Source of the DNA: Vicinamibacteria bacterium
Lineage (GTDB): Bacteria > Acidobacteriota > Vicinamibacteria > Fen-336
Reading direction: 5' to 3'
Assembly: GCA_023701125.1 (NCBI GenBank)
Contig: JAMPXO010000012.1
Span: 2,130 to 66,129 of the forward strand
Length of the DNA: 64,000 nt
Part shown: in pieces, positions 46,654 through 56,519 of the stretch
Layout of the letters: each line of letters begins with the position of its first letter
Position numbering within the stretch: position 1 is the stretch's first letter
Program-made: the position numbers and the translations under genes
The notes under the pieces: generated by a model
What the model saw: the letters and a program-made list of their open reading frames with translations, nothing else
Databases searched by the model: none
What the model was told of the DNA's origin: nothing

Positions 46654-47673
46654 ATGCAGTTCCAGAACCTCGCGATCGAATCGATGGCGTACGAGCTTCC
46701 GCCGGTCTCCGTGTCTTCGCGCGAGATCGAGGAGCGGCTGCGCCACGTCATGGGCAATCTCAAGGTGCCGACCCGCACCCTCGAGCTGCTGACCGGCATC
46801 GTCGAGCGCCGCTTCTGGAACGAGGGCACCCAGGTCCACGAGGCCGCCGCGCGGGTCGCCCGGCGCGCGATCGCCGCCGCCGGCATCGCCGCCGACGCGG
46901 TCGGCGTGCTGATCAACACCTCGGTCTCCAAGGACTACCTCGAGCCGTCGATGGCCAGCCTGGTCCACGGCGACGTCGGCCTGTCCGAGCGCTGCATGAA
47001 CTTCGACGTCTCCAACGCCTGCCTCGGCTTCCTGAACGGGATCGAGGTGGCGGGCCGGATGATCGAGTCCGGCGCCGCCGACTACGCGCTGCTGGTCGAC
47101 GGCGAGAGCTCGCGCCAGGTCGTCGAGTCGACGATCGACCGGCTGTCCGCCCCGGGCGCCACGGCCAAGGACTTCTGGGACAACTTCGCGACCCTGACGC
47201 TCGGCTCGGCTGCCGTGGCGATGGTGCTGTGCCGGGCCGACCGCTCGCGCACCACCCACCGCGTCAACGGCAGCGTGACGCTGGCGGACACCGCGCAGAG
47301 CCGGCTCTGCACGGGCACCGCCGAGCGCATGGTGACCGACTCCACGCGGCTGCTGAAGGCCGGCGTCTCGCTCGCCCAGAAGACGTGGCAGGTCGCGGCC
47401 GAACAACTGGTCTCCTGGTCGCCCGCGGGCATCCGCCGCTTCGTCTGCCACCAGGTCGGCGAGTCGCACATGCGCGCGATGTGCGACGCGCTGCGGATCG
47501 ACTTCAACAAGTGTTTCCTCAGCTACCCCACCCACGGCAACGTGGGCCCGGCCGCGGTGCCGCTGACGCTGGCGCTGGCCGCCGAGGCGGGCGAGCTGAA
47601 GTCGGGCGACCACGTCGCGCTGATGGGGATCGGCTCCGGACTCAACGTCACGATGATGAGCGTGACCTGGTGA
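46654..47673 (+). CDS. oleA: FabH-like thiolase, OleA (head-to-head acyl condensation)
   Basis: Thiolase fold with Cys (SNACLGF), His (CHQVG) and Asn (HGNVGPA). The call rests on the conserved oleABCD context. Confidence 0.8.
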   Translation: MQFQNLAIESMAYELPPVSVSSREIEERLRHVMGNLKVPTRTLELLTGIVERRFWNEGTQVHEAAARVARRAIAAAGIAADAVGVLINTSVSKDYLEPSMASLVHGDVGLSERCMNFDVSNACLGFLNGIEVAGRMIESGAADYALLVDGESSRQVVESTIDRLSAPGATAKDFWDNFATLTLGSAAVAMVLCRADRSRTTHRVNGSVTLADTAQSRLCTGTAERMVTDSTRLLKAGVSLAQKTWQVAAEQLVSWSPAGIRRFVCHQVGESHMRAMCDALRIDFNKCFLSYPTHGNVGPAAVPLTLALAAEAGELKSGDHVALMGIGSGLNVTMMSVTW

Positions 47674-47677
47674 GCTG

Positions 47678-48544
47678 GTGAGCTGGCGCTCACTCTTCCC
47701 CTTCGCCTCCCACACCCTCGACACCCCCGGCGGCCGGCTTCGTTACCTGGACGAGGGCCCGCGCGACGCGCCGGTGCTGCTGTGCGTGCACGGGAATCCC
47801 ACCTGGTCGTTCCTGTGGCGGGACGTCGTGTCGGAGTTCCGCGCCTCACACCGAGTGGTGGCCCCCGACCACCTCGGCTGCGGCCTCTCGGACAAGCCGC
47901 AGAACTGGGGCTACCGGCTCGCCGATCACATCGACAATCTCGGCCGCCTGATCGAGAACCTCGACCTGCAACGGATCACGCTGCTCGTCCACGACTGGGG
48001 CGGGCCGATCGGGCTGGGCGCCGCACTGGCCGAGCCCGCCCGCGTCGAGCGCCTCGTGATCACCAACACCGGCGCCTTCCCCGCCCCGGGCATGCCGGCC
48101 CGGATCGCGGCCTGCCGGCTGCCACTGCTCGGCCCGCTCGCGGTCCGCGGCTTCAACGCCTTCTCGTGGGCGGCCACGTTCATGACCACGGTGCGCGGCC
48201 TCCCGCCCGACGTCGCGGAGGGCTACCTGTACCCGTACCGCTCGTGGGCCGACCGGGTCGCGGTGCAGCGCTTCGTCGAGGACATCCCGCTCGACCCGGG
48301 TCACCCGTCGTGGCCGACGCTGGTCGGCATCGCGGAGGGCCTGCAGCGCCTCGCCGATCGGCCCGGGCTGATCCTGTGGGGCGAGCAGGACTGGTGCTTC
48401 ACCCCGTGGTTCCGCCGCGAGTTCGAGCGGCGCCTGCCGCGGCTCGCGTCGCACCCTTTCGCCGACGCCGGCCACCTGGTGATCGAGGACGCTCGCGGTC
48501 GCGTGCTCGGGCTGCTGCACGAGCTGCTCGACACCACGGCGTGA
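47678..48544 (+). CDS. oleB: Alpha/beta hydrolase, haloalkane-dehalogenase-like OleB (beta-lactone decarboxylase)
   Basis: HGNPTWSFLWR and the nucleophile elbow VHDWGGPIG. GTG start. Confidence 0.8.
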   Translation: MSWRSLFPFASHTLDTPGGRLRYLDEGPRDAPVLLCVHGNPTWSFLWRDVVSEFRASHRVVAPDHLGCGLSDKPQNWGYRLADHIDNLGRLIENLDLQRITLLVHDWGGPIGLGAALAEPARVERLVITNTGAFPAPGMPARIAACRLPLLGPLAVRGFNAFSWAATFMTTVRGLPPDVAEGYLYPYRSWADRVAVQRFVEDIPLDPGHPSWPTLVGIAEGLQRLADRPGLILWGEQDWCFTPWFRREFERRLPRLASHPFADAGHLVIEDARGRVLGLLHELLDTTA

Positions 48545-50136
48545 GCCCGGCCCCCGCCAACGTCGCGCGCCACTTGCGCGCTGCCGCCGCGCGCACCCCG
48601 ACCGCCTGCGCGATCGCCCAGCAGACCCGCGACGGCTACCGCCGCGTTTCGTTCGCCGAGCTCGAGGAGCGCAGCAACGCGGTCGCCCGCGGCCTGCTCG
48701 CCGCGGGCATCGCCCCCGGCGAACTTGCCCTCTGCATGGTGCGGGCCGGCATCGACCTGATCACGCTGACCTACGCGCTGTTCAAGGCCGGCGTCGTGCC
48801 GGTGCTGATCGACCCCGGCATGGGCCTGCGCGGCTTCCTCGCCTGCGTGCGGCGCACGCGGCCGACCGCGCTGGTGGGCCTGCCGCTGGCTCACGCCGTC
48901 AGCCTCGTGGCCGCGGGCGCGTTCGACACCGTACGCACGCGGGTGACCGTCGGCCGCCGCTACGGCTGGAGCGGGCCGACGCTGCACGACCTCGAGCGGC
49001 TCGGGGCTCACGGGGCCGCGCCGCTCCGCGCGCCGACGGCGGGCGCGCCGGCCGCGATCCTGTTCACCTCCGGCAGCACCGGCCCCGCCAAGGGCGTCGT
49101 CTACAGCCACGACCACTTCGACGCCCAGGTCCGGCTGCTCGGCGCGACCTACGCCTTCCGCGAAGGCGACGTGGACCTCGCCGCGTTCCCGCTGTTCTCG
49201 CTGTTCGACAACGCGTTCGGCATGACCAGCGTGATCCCGGACCTCGACCCCTCGCGGCCCGGAAGCTGCGATCCCGCCCGCGTCGCCGCGGCCATCAACG
49301 AGTCCGCGTGCACGACCGCGTTCGGCTCGCCCGCGATCTGGCGGCGGGTCGCGCCGTGGTGCGCCAGGAGCGGCGTGCGGCTGCCGACGCTGAAGCGGGT
49401 GCTGATCGCCGGCGCGTCCGTGCCGCCTGCGCTGATCGCGGCACTGCGCGCGGTGATCGCCGACGGCGGCGACGTGGAGACGCCGTACGGCGCGACCGAG
49501 TCGCTGCCGGTCGCCAACGTGCGCGGCAGCGAGATCCTCGGCGAGACCGCGGCGTTGACCCGCGCGGGCGCCGGCACCTGCGTCGGACGCGTGGTGGACG
49601 GCATGGAAGCGCGGGTGATCCGCATCGACGACGGCCCGATCGCCGCCTGGAACGAGGCCGACGTGCTGCCGCGCGGCGAGGTCGGCGAGATCGCCGTGCG
49701 CGGCCCGGTCGTGACCTGCGCATACCACAACCTGCCCGAGCCGACGGCCGCCGCGAAGATCCCCGACGGCGAGCAGGTCTGGCATCGGATGGGCGACCTC
49801 GGCTACTTCGACGAGGGCGAGCGCCTCTGGTTCTGCGGCCGCAAGGCCGAGCGCGTGGAGACGGCCGCCGGCCCGTGGTTCACGGACAAGGTCGAGGGCC
49901 TGGCCGCTGCCGACGCGCGAGTCGGGCGCTGCGCTTTGGTCGGGGTCGGCCCGCGCGGGGCGCAGCGCCCGGTGCTGGTGGTCGAAGGTCGCCGCGACGA
50001 CGCGCTCGCGGCGGACCTGCGGGCGCGGACGGGGGTCGAGGCCGTGCTGTTCCGCGACAAGCTGCCCGTCGACGTGCGTCACAACGCCAAGATCCATCGC
50101 CTGCAACTCGGCCCGTGGGCGGAGGCGCAACTGTGA
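48541..50136 (+). CDS. oleC: AMP-dependent synthetase OleC (beta-lactone synthetase)
   Basis: AMP-binding motif FTSGSTGPAKGV and TGD-like core. GTGA overlap with oleB. Confidence 0.8.
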   Translation: MSPAPANVARHLRAAAARTPTACAIAQQTRDGYRRVSFAELEERSNAVARGLLAAGIAPGELALCMVRAGIDLITLTYALFKAGVVPVLIDPGMGLRGFLACVRRTRPTALVGLPLAHAVSLVAAGAFDTVRTRVTVGRRYGWSGPTLHDLERLGAHGAAPLRAPTAGAPAAILFTSGSTGPAKGVVYSHDHFDAQVRLLGATYAFREGDVDLAAFPLFSLFDNAFGMTSVIPDLDPSRPGSCDPARVAAAINESACTTAFGSPAIWRRVAPWCARSGVRLPTLKRVLIAGASVPPALIAALRAVIADGGDVETPYGATESLPVANVRGSEILGETAALTRAGAGTCVGRVVDGMEARVIRIDDGPIAAWNEADVLPRGEVGEIAVRGPVVTCAYHNLPEPTAAAKIPDGEQVWHRMGDLGYFDEGERLWFCGRKAERVETAAGPWFTDKVEGLAAADARVGRCALVGVGPRGAQRPVLVVEGRRDDALAADLRARTGVEAVLFRDKLPVDVRHNAKIHRLQLGPWAEAQL

Positions 50137-51143
50137 GGGTGCTGGTCACGGGCGGCGGCGGCTTCCTCGGCCGCGCCGTCGCCCTTCGCCTGGTCGGCCT
50201 CGGCCACGACGTGACCAGCGCGGCCCGCGGCGACTACCCCGAGCTGCGCGCGCTGGGCGTGCGCACGGTGCGACTCGACCTCGGCGATTCCGCGGCGGTG
50301 CGGGCCGCGGCGACGGGCATGGACGCGATCGTGCACGCGGCCGCGAAGGCGGGCGTGTGGGGACCGCGCGAGGAGTACGAGCGCGCGAACGTCGATGGCA
50401 CCCGCCACGTCGTCGAAGCCTGCCGCGCCGCGGGCGTGCCGCGGCTCGTCCACACCAGCTCGCCGAGCGTCGTGTTCGACGGCCGCGATCACGAGAACGC
50501 AGGCAACGACCTGCTGTACCCGGCCCGCCACGAGGCCGTCTACCCCGAGACCAAGGCCGCGGCCGAGCGCCTGGTGCTGGGTGCCAACGGGCGGGAGCTG
50601 GCGACGATCTCGCTGCGCCCGCACCTGATCTGGGGCCCGCGCGACCCGCACCTGCTGCCGCGGCTGTTCGAGCGCGCCCGCCGCGGCCTGCTGCGGATCG
50701 TCGGCAGCGGCCGCAACCGGGTCTCGATCACCTACGTCGACAACGCCGCCGAGGCCCACGTGGCCGCGCTGCTGTCGCTCGCCCCCGGCGCCGCGTGGGC
50801 AGGTCGCGCCTACTTCGTCAACGACGCCGAACCGGTGGTGCTCTGGCAGTGGTTGAACGGCCTGCTGGCCCGACTCGGCCTGCCCCAGGCGACGCGCCGC
50901 GTGCCGCTCGGTGTGGCCCGCGCGGCGGGAGCGATCCTGGAGACGACCTGGCGCGCGCTGCGCCTCGCGGGAGAGCCGCCGCTGACCCGCTTCGTCGCGG
51001 CCCAGCTCGCGGCCAGCCACTGGTACGACCTGGCCCCGGCCCGCGCCGCCTTCGGCTACGCGCCCCCGGTCGATGGCGAAGAGGCGCTGCGCCGCACGGT
51101 CGAGTGGTGGGGCCCGCGGGTCCGCGGCCCGGGAGGCGAATGA
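50133..51143 (+). CDS. oleD: NAD(P)-dependent 3-beta-HSD/epimerase-family reductase OleD
   Basis: VTGGGGFLG and YPETKAAAE (YxxxK). GTGA overlap with oleC. Confidence 0.8.
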   Translation: MRVLVTGGGGFLGRAVALRLVGLGHDVTSAARGDYPELRALGVRTVRLDLGDSAAVRAAATGMDAIVHAAAKAGVWGPREEYERANVDGTRHVVEACRAAGVPRLVHTSSPSVVFDGRDHENAGNDLLYPARHEAVYPETKAAAERLVLGANGRELATISLRPHLIWGPRDPHLLPRLFERARRGLLRIVGSGRNRVSITYVDNAAEAHVAALLSLAPGAAWAGRAYFVNDAEPVVLWQWLNGLLARLGLPQATRRVPLGVARAAGAILETTWRALRLAGEPPLTRFVAAQLAASHWYDLAPARAAFGYAPPVDGEEALRRTVEWWGPRVRGPGGE

Positions 51144-51613
51144 TGGACGAACGCGAGTTCCTGCGTCACACGCTGGCGACCGTCGCCTATCGCGGAGGCA
51201 AGGCGATCCGCAACGCTCCGCCGGGGTTCGCGGGCTTCGGCGCCAGTTCCGGCGACCGCACGCCCGCGCGGATCCTGGCCCACATCGGCGACCTGTTCGA
51301 CTGGGCGTCGTCGATGGCGGATGGACGTGAGGTCTGGCACGACTCGACGCCGCTGGCGTGGGACGAGGAGTGCGCGCGCTTTCACAGCAGCCTCGCGGCC
51401 TTCGATGCCCGGCTCGCGGATGCCGCGCTCGCGGTCGATGCGGGCCGCCTGTTCCAGGGCCCGATCGCCGACGCGCTGACCCACGTCGGCCAGCTCGCGA
51501 TGCTGCGGCGCATGGCGGGCGCCGCGATTCGCGGCGAGAACTACTCGCGGGCCGGGATCGAGGTGGGCCGCGTCGGCCCGGACCAGGCCCTGCCCCGGCG
51601 TGAGTTCGACTAG
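51140..51613 (+). CDS. DinB-superfamily-like four-helix protein
   Basis: About 157 aa with helical His-containing blocks (ILAHIGDLFDW, LTHVGQLAMLRR). ATGA overlap with the oleD stop. Confidence 0.6.
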   Translation: MMDEREFLRHTLATVAYRGGKAIRNAPPGFAGFGASSGDRTPARILAHIGDLFDWASSMADGREVWHDSTPLAWDEECARFHSSLAAFDARLADAALAVDAGRLFQGPIADALTHVGQLAMLRRMAGAAIRGENYSRAGIEVGRVGPDQALPRREFD

Positions 51614-51632
51614 CAGGGAGCGAGCGCTCGCG

Positions 51633-53204
51633 TCAGCGAGCGACGCCGACCTCGGCCGCCAGAAAGAACGTGTCCGCGCGGGGCGTCCAGCGCAGGGCCT
51701 TGTCGGCGAACACCACGGTCTTCTCGTTGAGGAGCGGGACGGCCAATCGCGCTTCGCCCACCCGGCGCAGGCCCGCCGAGACCGCCGCCATCCGCTCGGC
51801 GGGCACGATCAGCGGCCGCAGTTCCTCGATCTCGTCGTCGAGTCCCGGCACCGGGTTCGCGTCGTACGAGTAGTTCGCCTGGCCATACCCGCGGGCCGGG
51901 TCCTTCGAGTGCACCCAGCGGTCCAGCAGCTCCTGCGCGTCGCCGGTGCGGCACGAGAAACGCAGCACGTAGAGCGACGCGCGCCCGCCGCGGACGCGGG
52001 CGAAGAACTCGTCGTCGGGCCAGGTCCGCGGTCGCACCTGCAGCCCCAGCTCGGCGAGGTCGGCGACCAGCGGCGCGGCGTACTCGGCCATCTGCTCGCG
52101 CAGGTCCAGGTCGACCTCGAAGCCGTCGGCGAAACCCGCCGCGGCGAGCTGGCGGCGGGCCGCCTCCAGATCCCGCCGCGGAGCAGGAGCGGCCCCGTCG
52201 AAGCCGGCGACGACGGGGGCGACGAGCTGCCGGGCCACCAGCGCCTCGCCCCCGGCTACTCGCTGCGGCAGGCTCGCAATGTCGAGCGCGAGGGCGATCG
52301 CCTCCCGCACCCGCACGTCGAGGAACGGATTGCCGGTGGAGCCGGCCGGGAGCCGCACGCCCGACGTCCGCGGCCCGTGCAGGTCGAAGCCGAGGTAGCT
52401 GACCCCCAGCCCAGGGCCGACCCGCGGCTCCCACTCGGCCCTGGCGCGCCGCAGCAGGGCCGGGTCGCGCGGAGCCCAGAACAGCATCGGCGCCCTGGCA
52501 GCCAGCGGCTCCGCGTCAGCCGCCCCGAAGGAGCGGGCGACGAAACGCACTCGTTCGATGGTGGGCACCCCGCGCCAGTGGCCCTCGAAGCGCCGCAGCT
52601 CGACCTGTTCTCCCGGGCGATGGGCGACGATCTGGTAGGGTCCCGTGCCCGCGGAGCGCTCCGCCAGTGCCGCCTCGCCCTGGCGCTCGATCGCTCGGCG
52701 CGACACCACGGCCACGTCTCGCAGGCGGGCGACGAGCGTGGCGTCGGGTTCCGCGGTTCGCAACCGCACCCGGCCGCCGGGCAGTGCCTGCACGTCGACG
52801 ACGCCGCCGAGCGCCGTGCGCGCGAGCGAGCGATCGCCGTCCAGGGCACGCCGGAAGCTGAACACCACGTCTTCGGCCTCCAGCGCCTGGCCGTCGTGGA
52901 AGCGGACCCCGGGACGCAAGCGGAAGTCCCAGGTGTCGTCGTCCGGGTTGCTCCACGCTTCGGCCAGCGCGGGATGCATCGCCATCTCGGCATCGAACGC
53001 GACCAGCCCCTCGTAGACGTTGGCCAGCACCGTGTGGGTCTGGAACACGGCGCCAACTCGGTGCGGGTCGAGGCCCACGACGTCGCCGTCGTTGAGGATC
53101 ACCAGGGTCGACGGCGGTGCCGGCCGCTCGCAGGCGGTCGCAAACAGGGCCAGGCAGGCGATCCGGCCGAGCCCCCTCCACCGCATGCGGAACCGTCGCA
53201 CCAC
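51633..53204 (-). CDS. ABC transporter substrate-binding lipoprotein, family 5 (peptide/nickel type), orphan
   Basis: Lipobox FATAC, then the SBP_bac_5 blocks (DPH..., VYEGLV, LAEAWS...D..TW.F.LR.GV.FHDG). No permease or ATPase gene is adjacent. Confidence 0.88.
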   Translation of the reverse strand: MVRRFRMRWRGLGRIACLALFATACERPAPPSTLVILNDGDVVGLDPHRVGAVFQTHTVLANVYEGLVAFDAEMAMHPALAEAWSNPDDDTWDFRLRPGVRFHDGQALEAEDVVFSFRRALDGDRSLARTALGGVVDVQALPGGRVRLRTAEPDATLVARLRDVAVVSRRAIERQGEAALAERSAGTGPYQIVAHRPGEQVELRRFEGHWRGVPTIERVRFVARSFGAADAEPLAARAPMLFWAPRDPALLRRARAEWEPRVGPGLGVSYLGFDLHGPRTSGVRLPAGSTGNPFLDVRVREAIALALDIASLPQRVAGGEALVARQLVAPVVAGFDGAAPAPRRDLEAARRQLAAAGFADGFEVDLDLREQMAEYAAPLVADLAELGLQVRPRTWPDDEFFARVRGGRASLYVLRFSCRTGDAQELLDRWVHSKDPARGYGQANYSYDANPVPGLDDEIEELRPLIVPAERMAAVSAGLRRVGEARLAVPLLNEKTVVFADKALRWTPRADTFFLAAEVGVAR

Positions 53205-53236
53205 GCGACGGCTACGTCAAGGCGCGGGTCGGCCTT

Positions 53237-53848
53237 TCAGCGCACCCCGCAGCCGCCCTGGGCCGCCGCGGCCGCCATTCGCTCCGGGTCGGGCGCGAAG
53301 GCGGCGATCAACTTGTCGGCGGTGGCATGCAGCGCGTCGATCGATCCGTCGGCCGCCAGCTTGCGGTCGAAGACCTCGAACTGCTCCTGCATCGCCGCCA
53401 CCTCGTCGGGCAGCAGCACCCGCAACGCCATCGGGTAGAGGATGCGGTCCTCCTTGAGGATGTGGGCACGCAGCAACGGCACGAACTCGCGCGCGCTGCC
53501 GACCAGCGCCGCCCGCTCCCCGGCCTGCACCGGCCCCTCGCCCGCGCCGACCGAGTGCAGCGCGGCCACCCGCGCCCGGCCCTGGTCGTGCTCGAAGAGC
53601 ATCACCGCGATCGGCCCCGCCTCGCGGGCGAAACCGCGTTCGCACATGCGCGCGAACAGGATGTCCTCCTCCTTGCCGTGGTGGCAGGCGTCCGCGAACT
53701 CACGGAAGAAGCGGGCGTAGCCCGCGACCAGCTCGCGCTCGACGGCGAGCCCGTCGGTCACGCCCAGGGCGAAGGTTTCCAGCGATCCGAGCACGTTCTC
53801 GATCAGTCGGTGCTCGTCCATCAAGGTCTTGATCGGTTGGTCCAGCAC
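53237..53848 (-). CDS. Hemerythrin (HHE cation-binding) domain protein
   Basis: MDEHRLIE, CHHGKEEDILF, FEHDQ and HILKEDRILYP His/Glu ligand blocks. Confidence 0.85.
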   Translation of the reverse strand: MLDQPIKTLMDEHRLIENVLGSLETFALGVTDGLAVERELVAGYARFFREFADACHHGKEEDILFARMCERGFAREAGPIAVMLFEHDQGRARVAALHSVGAGEGPVQAGERAALVGSAREFVPLLRAHILKEDRILYPMALRVLLPDEVAAMQEQFEVFDRKLAADGSIDALHATADKLIAAFAPDPERMAAAAAQGGCGVR

Positions 53849-53922
53849 GGCGCTCCTCCTCGTGGACCGCAGGCTGACAGACCCGGATCCGGCGCGCCAT
53901 GACGTCGGTCATGCCCCGGGAG

Positions 53923-54390
53923 TCAGCCTCCCTGCCCCGTGCCGTTCACGGCCCGCCGTGCGACCAGCGCGATCGGAAGACCGACCAGCACGGCGTGGCC
54001 CACGAGGCCCGCCCAGGTGAAGCCGATCGGTCGCGCCGCGGACAGCGGCACCACCACGTCCTTCATGAAGAAGTAGACCGCCACACCGAAGGCGAGACCG
54101 CACGGCGCGGCGTGCTCGACCAGCCCTCGCACCCGCGCGCTCGCCGCCACGTAGCAGGCGGCGGCCGTCGTCGCGATCCAGAAGTGAAGCAGCAGGCCGA
54201 GCGCCGTCGTGGCCAGCCCGCCGCCGAGGGCGGCCTCGCGCCCGATCAGGCCGGCCGCGACTCCGCGATACACGACCACGGGCCCCACCCCGTGCATCCC
54301 CATCGCGAGCAGTGTGTCGCCCACTCCCGCCGCCGCCCCGGCGAGCAGGATCGCCCTGCCCGGCCGGAGCGGGGAGCGCGCCCCGTTCAC
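53923..54390 (-). CDS. Hypothetical 4-TM membrane protein
   Basis: GTGA overlap with the upstream gene. Hydrophobic helices are present and GC3 is high. I recognise no family. Confidence 0.55.
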   Translation of the reverse strand: MNGARSPLRPGRAILLAGAAAGVGDTLLAMGMHGVGPVVVYRGVAAGLIGREAALGGGLATTALGLLLHFWIATTAAACYVAASARVRGLVEHAAPCGLAFGVAVYFFMKDVVVPLSAARPIGFTWAGLVGHAVLVGLPIALVARRAVNGTGQGG

Positions 54391-54851
54391 GCCAGCGCGG
54401 GTTGCCGATCGAGCCGCTTCGTCAGCCACATCACGATCGAACCGCCCGCCCACAGCACGAGCGGGGCGGCCACCATGCCGATGGTGAGGTGCGACAGGGC
54501 GTGCAGCCCCTGCCGGTCGGCGGCGGGACCCGCGTACTCGGGCGCCGCGAAGATGTTCGGGAAGCCGAACACCGAGAGCGCGATTCCCGTGACCGCGATC
54601 ACGTGCAGGATCGCGACCTGGAAGGTCACCAGCGGCAGGATCTGGCGATAGCTGCCGAAGCCGCTCCGGTGCACCGCGACTCCGTAGTAGACCGCGCCGG
54701 CCCAGATCACCAGGTTCATCGACAGCCAGCGCACGCTCTCGTCGGACCCGCCGGCGAGCGACGCCCCCAGCCGCGCGAGGCCGACGGCCACCGTCAACCA
54801 CAACCAGCCCTTCTGGAACGCCAGGTACTCCGCGACCCGCTTGCCGAACAT
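54387..54851 (-). CDS. Hypothetical 4-TM membrane protein
   Basis: ATG 54851 is preceded by GGAGGAGAAGGA. It is divergent from the MocR-type regulator. Confidence 0.6.
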   Translation of the reverse strand: MFGKRVAEYLAFQKGWLWLTVAVGLARLGASLAGGSDESVRWLSMNLVIWAGAVYYGVAVHRSGFGSYRQILPLVTFQVAILHVIAVTGIALSVFGFPNIFAAPEYAGPAADRQGLHALSHLTIGMVAAPLVLWAGGSIVMWLTKRLDRQPALA

Positions 54852-54986
54852 TCCTTCTCCTCCACCGAAGCGCAGGCCCCCGCCGCGCCGCATTGTCCGC
54901 GCCCTCGGCCCGCCGCGGGCAGATCCAGTTCGGCACCGACCGATCAGTCCAGTTGAGACTGGTAGCATGACGGCCTCCGATTCCCC

Positions 54987-56519
54987 ATGACCCACCAGAC
55001 CACTTCGCGCCGCCGGCGCACGTCCGGCCTCGGCCTGCTGATCCGGCTCGACCCCGGCGAACGGGGCGGCCTGCAGCGGCAGATCTACGCCGGCGTGCGG
55101 CGAGCGATCCTCGACGGCGTGCTGCCGCCCGGCACCCGGGTGCCTTCGTCGCGCGAGCTGGCGGCCGACCTGCGGGTCTCGCGCACGACCAGCCTGCTGG
55201 CGCTCGAGCAGCTCGTGGCCGAGGGCTACCTCGCCGCGCGAGCCGGCTCGGGCACGTTCGTGGCACACGAGTTGCCCGACGACCGACCCCGCGCCCACGG
55301 CACCCCGCCCTCGCGCGCCGCGCGTCACCCGCCGCTCTCGAAGCGCGGGAAGGCGCTGGCCGCCGGGCGCCCGCCGAGCGACCGCCTGGCGGGGCCGCCG
55401 CGCCCGTTCCGGATCGGCGTGCCCGCCGTCGACTTGTTCCCCGTCCGCACCTGGTCCCAACTGGTCACACGGCGCCTGCGCTCCGCTTCGCCGTCGCAAC
55501 TCGACTACGGCGAGACCACGGGCGCCCTCGAACTGCGCGTCGCGATTGCCGCCCACGTGCGGGCGGCGCGCGGCACGGAGTGCGACCCCGAGCAGGTGCT
55601 GGTCGTCTCCGGCGCCCAGCGCGCGATCGACCTGCTCTGCCAGCTCCTGCTCGACCCCGGCGACGAAGCCTGGATGGAGGAGCCCGGCTACCCCGGCGCG
55701 CGCAACGCGCTGGTCGCCGCCGGCGCCCGCATCCACCCCGTGCGAGTCGACGACGAGGGCATCGACGTCGCGGCCGGGGCGCGGGTCGCGCCACGCGCGC
55801 GGCTGGTCTACGTGACGCCCTCGCACCAGTTCCCGCTGGGCGTGCCGATGAGCCTGCGGCGGCGGCTCGCACTGCTGCAGTGGGCGAGCAGCGCGGGCGC
55901 GTGGGTGATCGAGGACGACTACGACGCGGAGTTCCGCCACGGCGCGCGACCCGTGCCCTGCCTGCACGGTCTCGACGCCGACGGCCGCGTGCTGTACGTC
56001 GGCAGCTTCAGCAAGACGCTGTTCCCGGCGCTGCGGCTGGGCTTCGTGATCGCGCCTCGCGACCTGCACGACCCGCTGGTCGCCGTGCGGCGAGCCAGCG
56101 AGTTGCACCCGCCGCGCCTCGACCAGGCCGTGCTCGCCGACTTCATGCGCGAGGGCCACTACGAGCGCCACCTGCGGCGCATGCGCCGCGTCTATCGCGA
56201 GCGGCTCGAGGCGCTCGAGCACGCCGCCCGCCGCCACTGCGCGGGTGCCCTGAAGCTGCGCCCGGCGCTGACCGGCCTGCACGCCGTGGCCGACCTCGTG
56301 GAGGCCGACGCGGGGCGCGTCTTCGCAGCGGCCGCGCGCCACGGCGTGGAGGTGATGCCGCTCTCGGCCTACGGCTTCGGTCGCTCCCGCCCGCCGGACG
56401 CATTGGTGCTGGGCTTCGGCGCGGTGCGCGCCGACGCGATGGACGCGGGCATGGAGCGCCTCGCCGCGGCGATCGACGAGGCCCGACGCGGGAGTCGGCG
56501 CTCGCCCACAGCCGGTTGA
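54987..56519 (+). CDS. MocR/PdxR-type GntR regulator with aminotransferase-like PLP domain
   Basis: GntR wHTH (LPPGTRVPSSRELAADLRVSRTTSLLALEQLVAEGYL), then a class-I aminotransferase fold (SFSKTLFPALRLGF). Confidence 0.9.
   Translation: MTHQTTSRRRRTSGLGLLIRLDPGERGGLQRQIYAGVRRAILDGVLPPGTRVPSSRELAADLRVSRTTSLLALEQLVAEGYLAARAGSGTFVAHELPDDRPRAHGTPPSRAARHPPLSKRGKALAAGRPPSDRLAGPPRPFRIGVPAVDLFPVRTWSQLVTRRLRSASPSQLDYGETTGALELRVAIAAHVRAARGTECDPEQVLVVSGAQRAIDLLCQLLLDPGDEAWMEEPGYPGARNALVAAGARIHPVRVDDEGIDVAAGARVAPRARLVYVTPSHQFPLGVPMSLRRRLALLQWASSAGAWVIEDDYDAEFRHGARPVPCLHGLDADGRVLYVGSFSKTLFPALRLGFVIAPRDLHDPLVAVRRASELHPPRLDQAVLADFMREGHYERHLRRMRRVYRERLEALEHAARRHCAGALKLRPALTGLHAVADLVEADAGRVFAAAARHGVEVMPLSAYGFGRSRPPDALVLGFGAVRADAMDAGMERLAAAIDEARRGSRRSPTAG

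Noticed and set aside
48541-50136. The AMP-dependent ligase as the p-coumaroyl-CoA ligase for PYP chromophore attachment.
   Set aside because: It is embedded in a canonical oleABCD cluster with GTGA overlaps on both sides, and it lies 20 kb from pyp.
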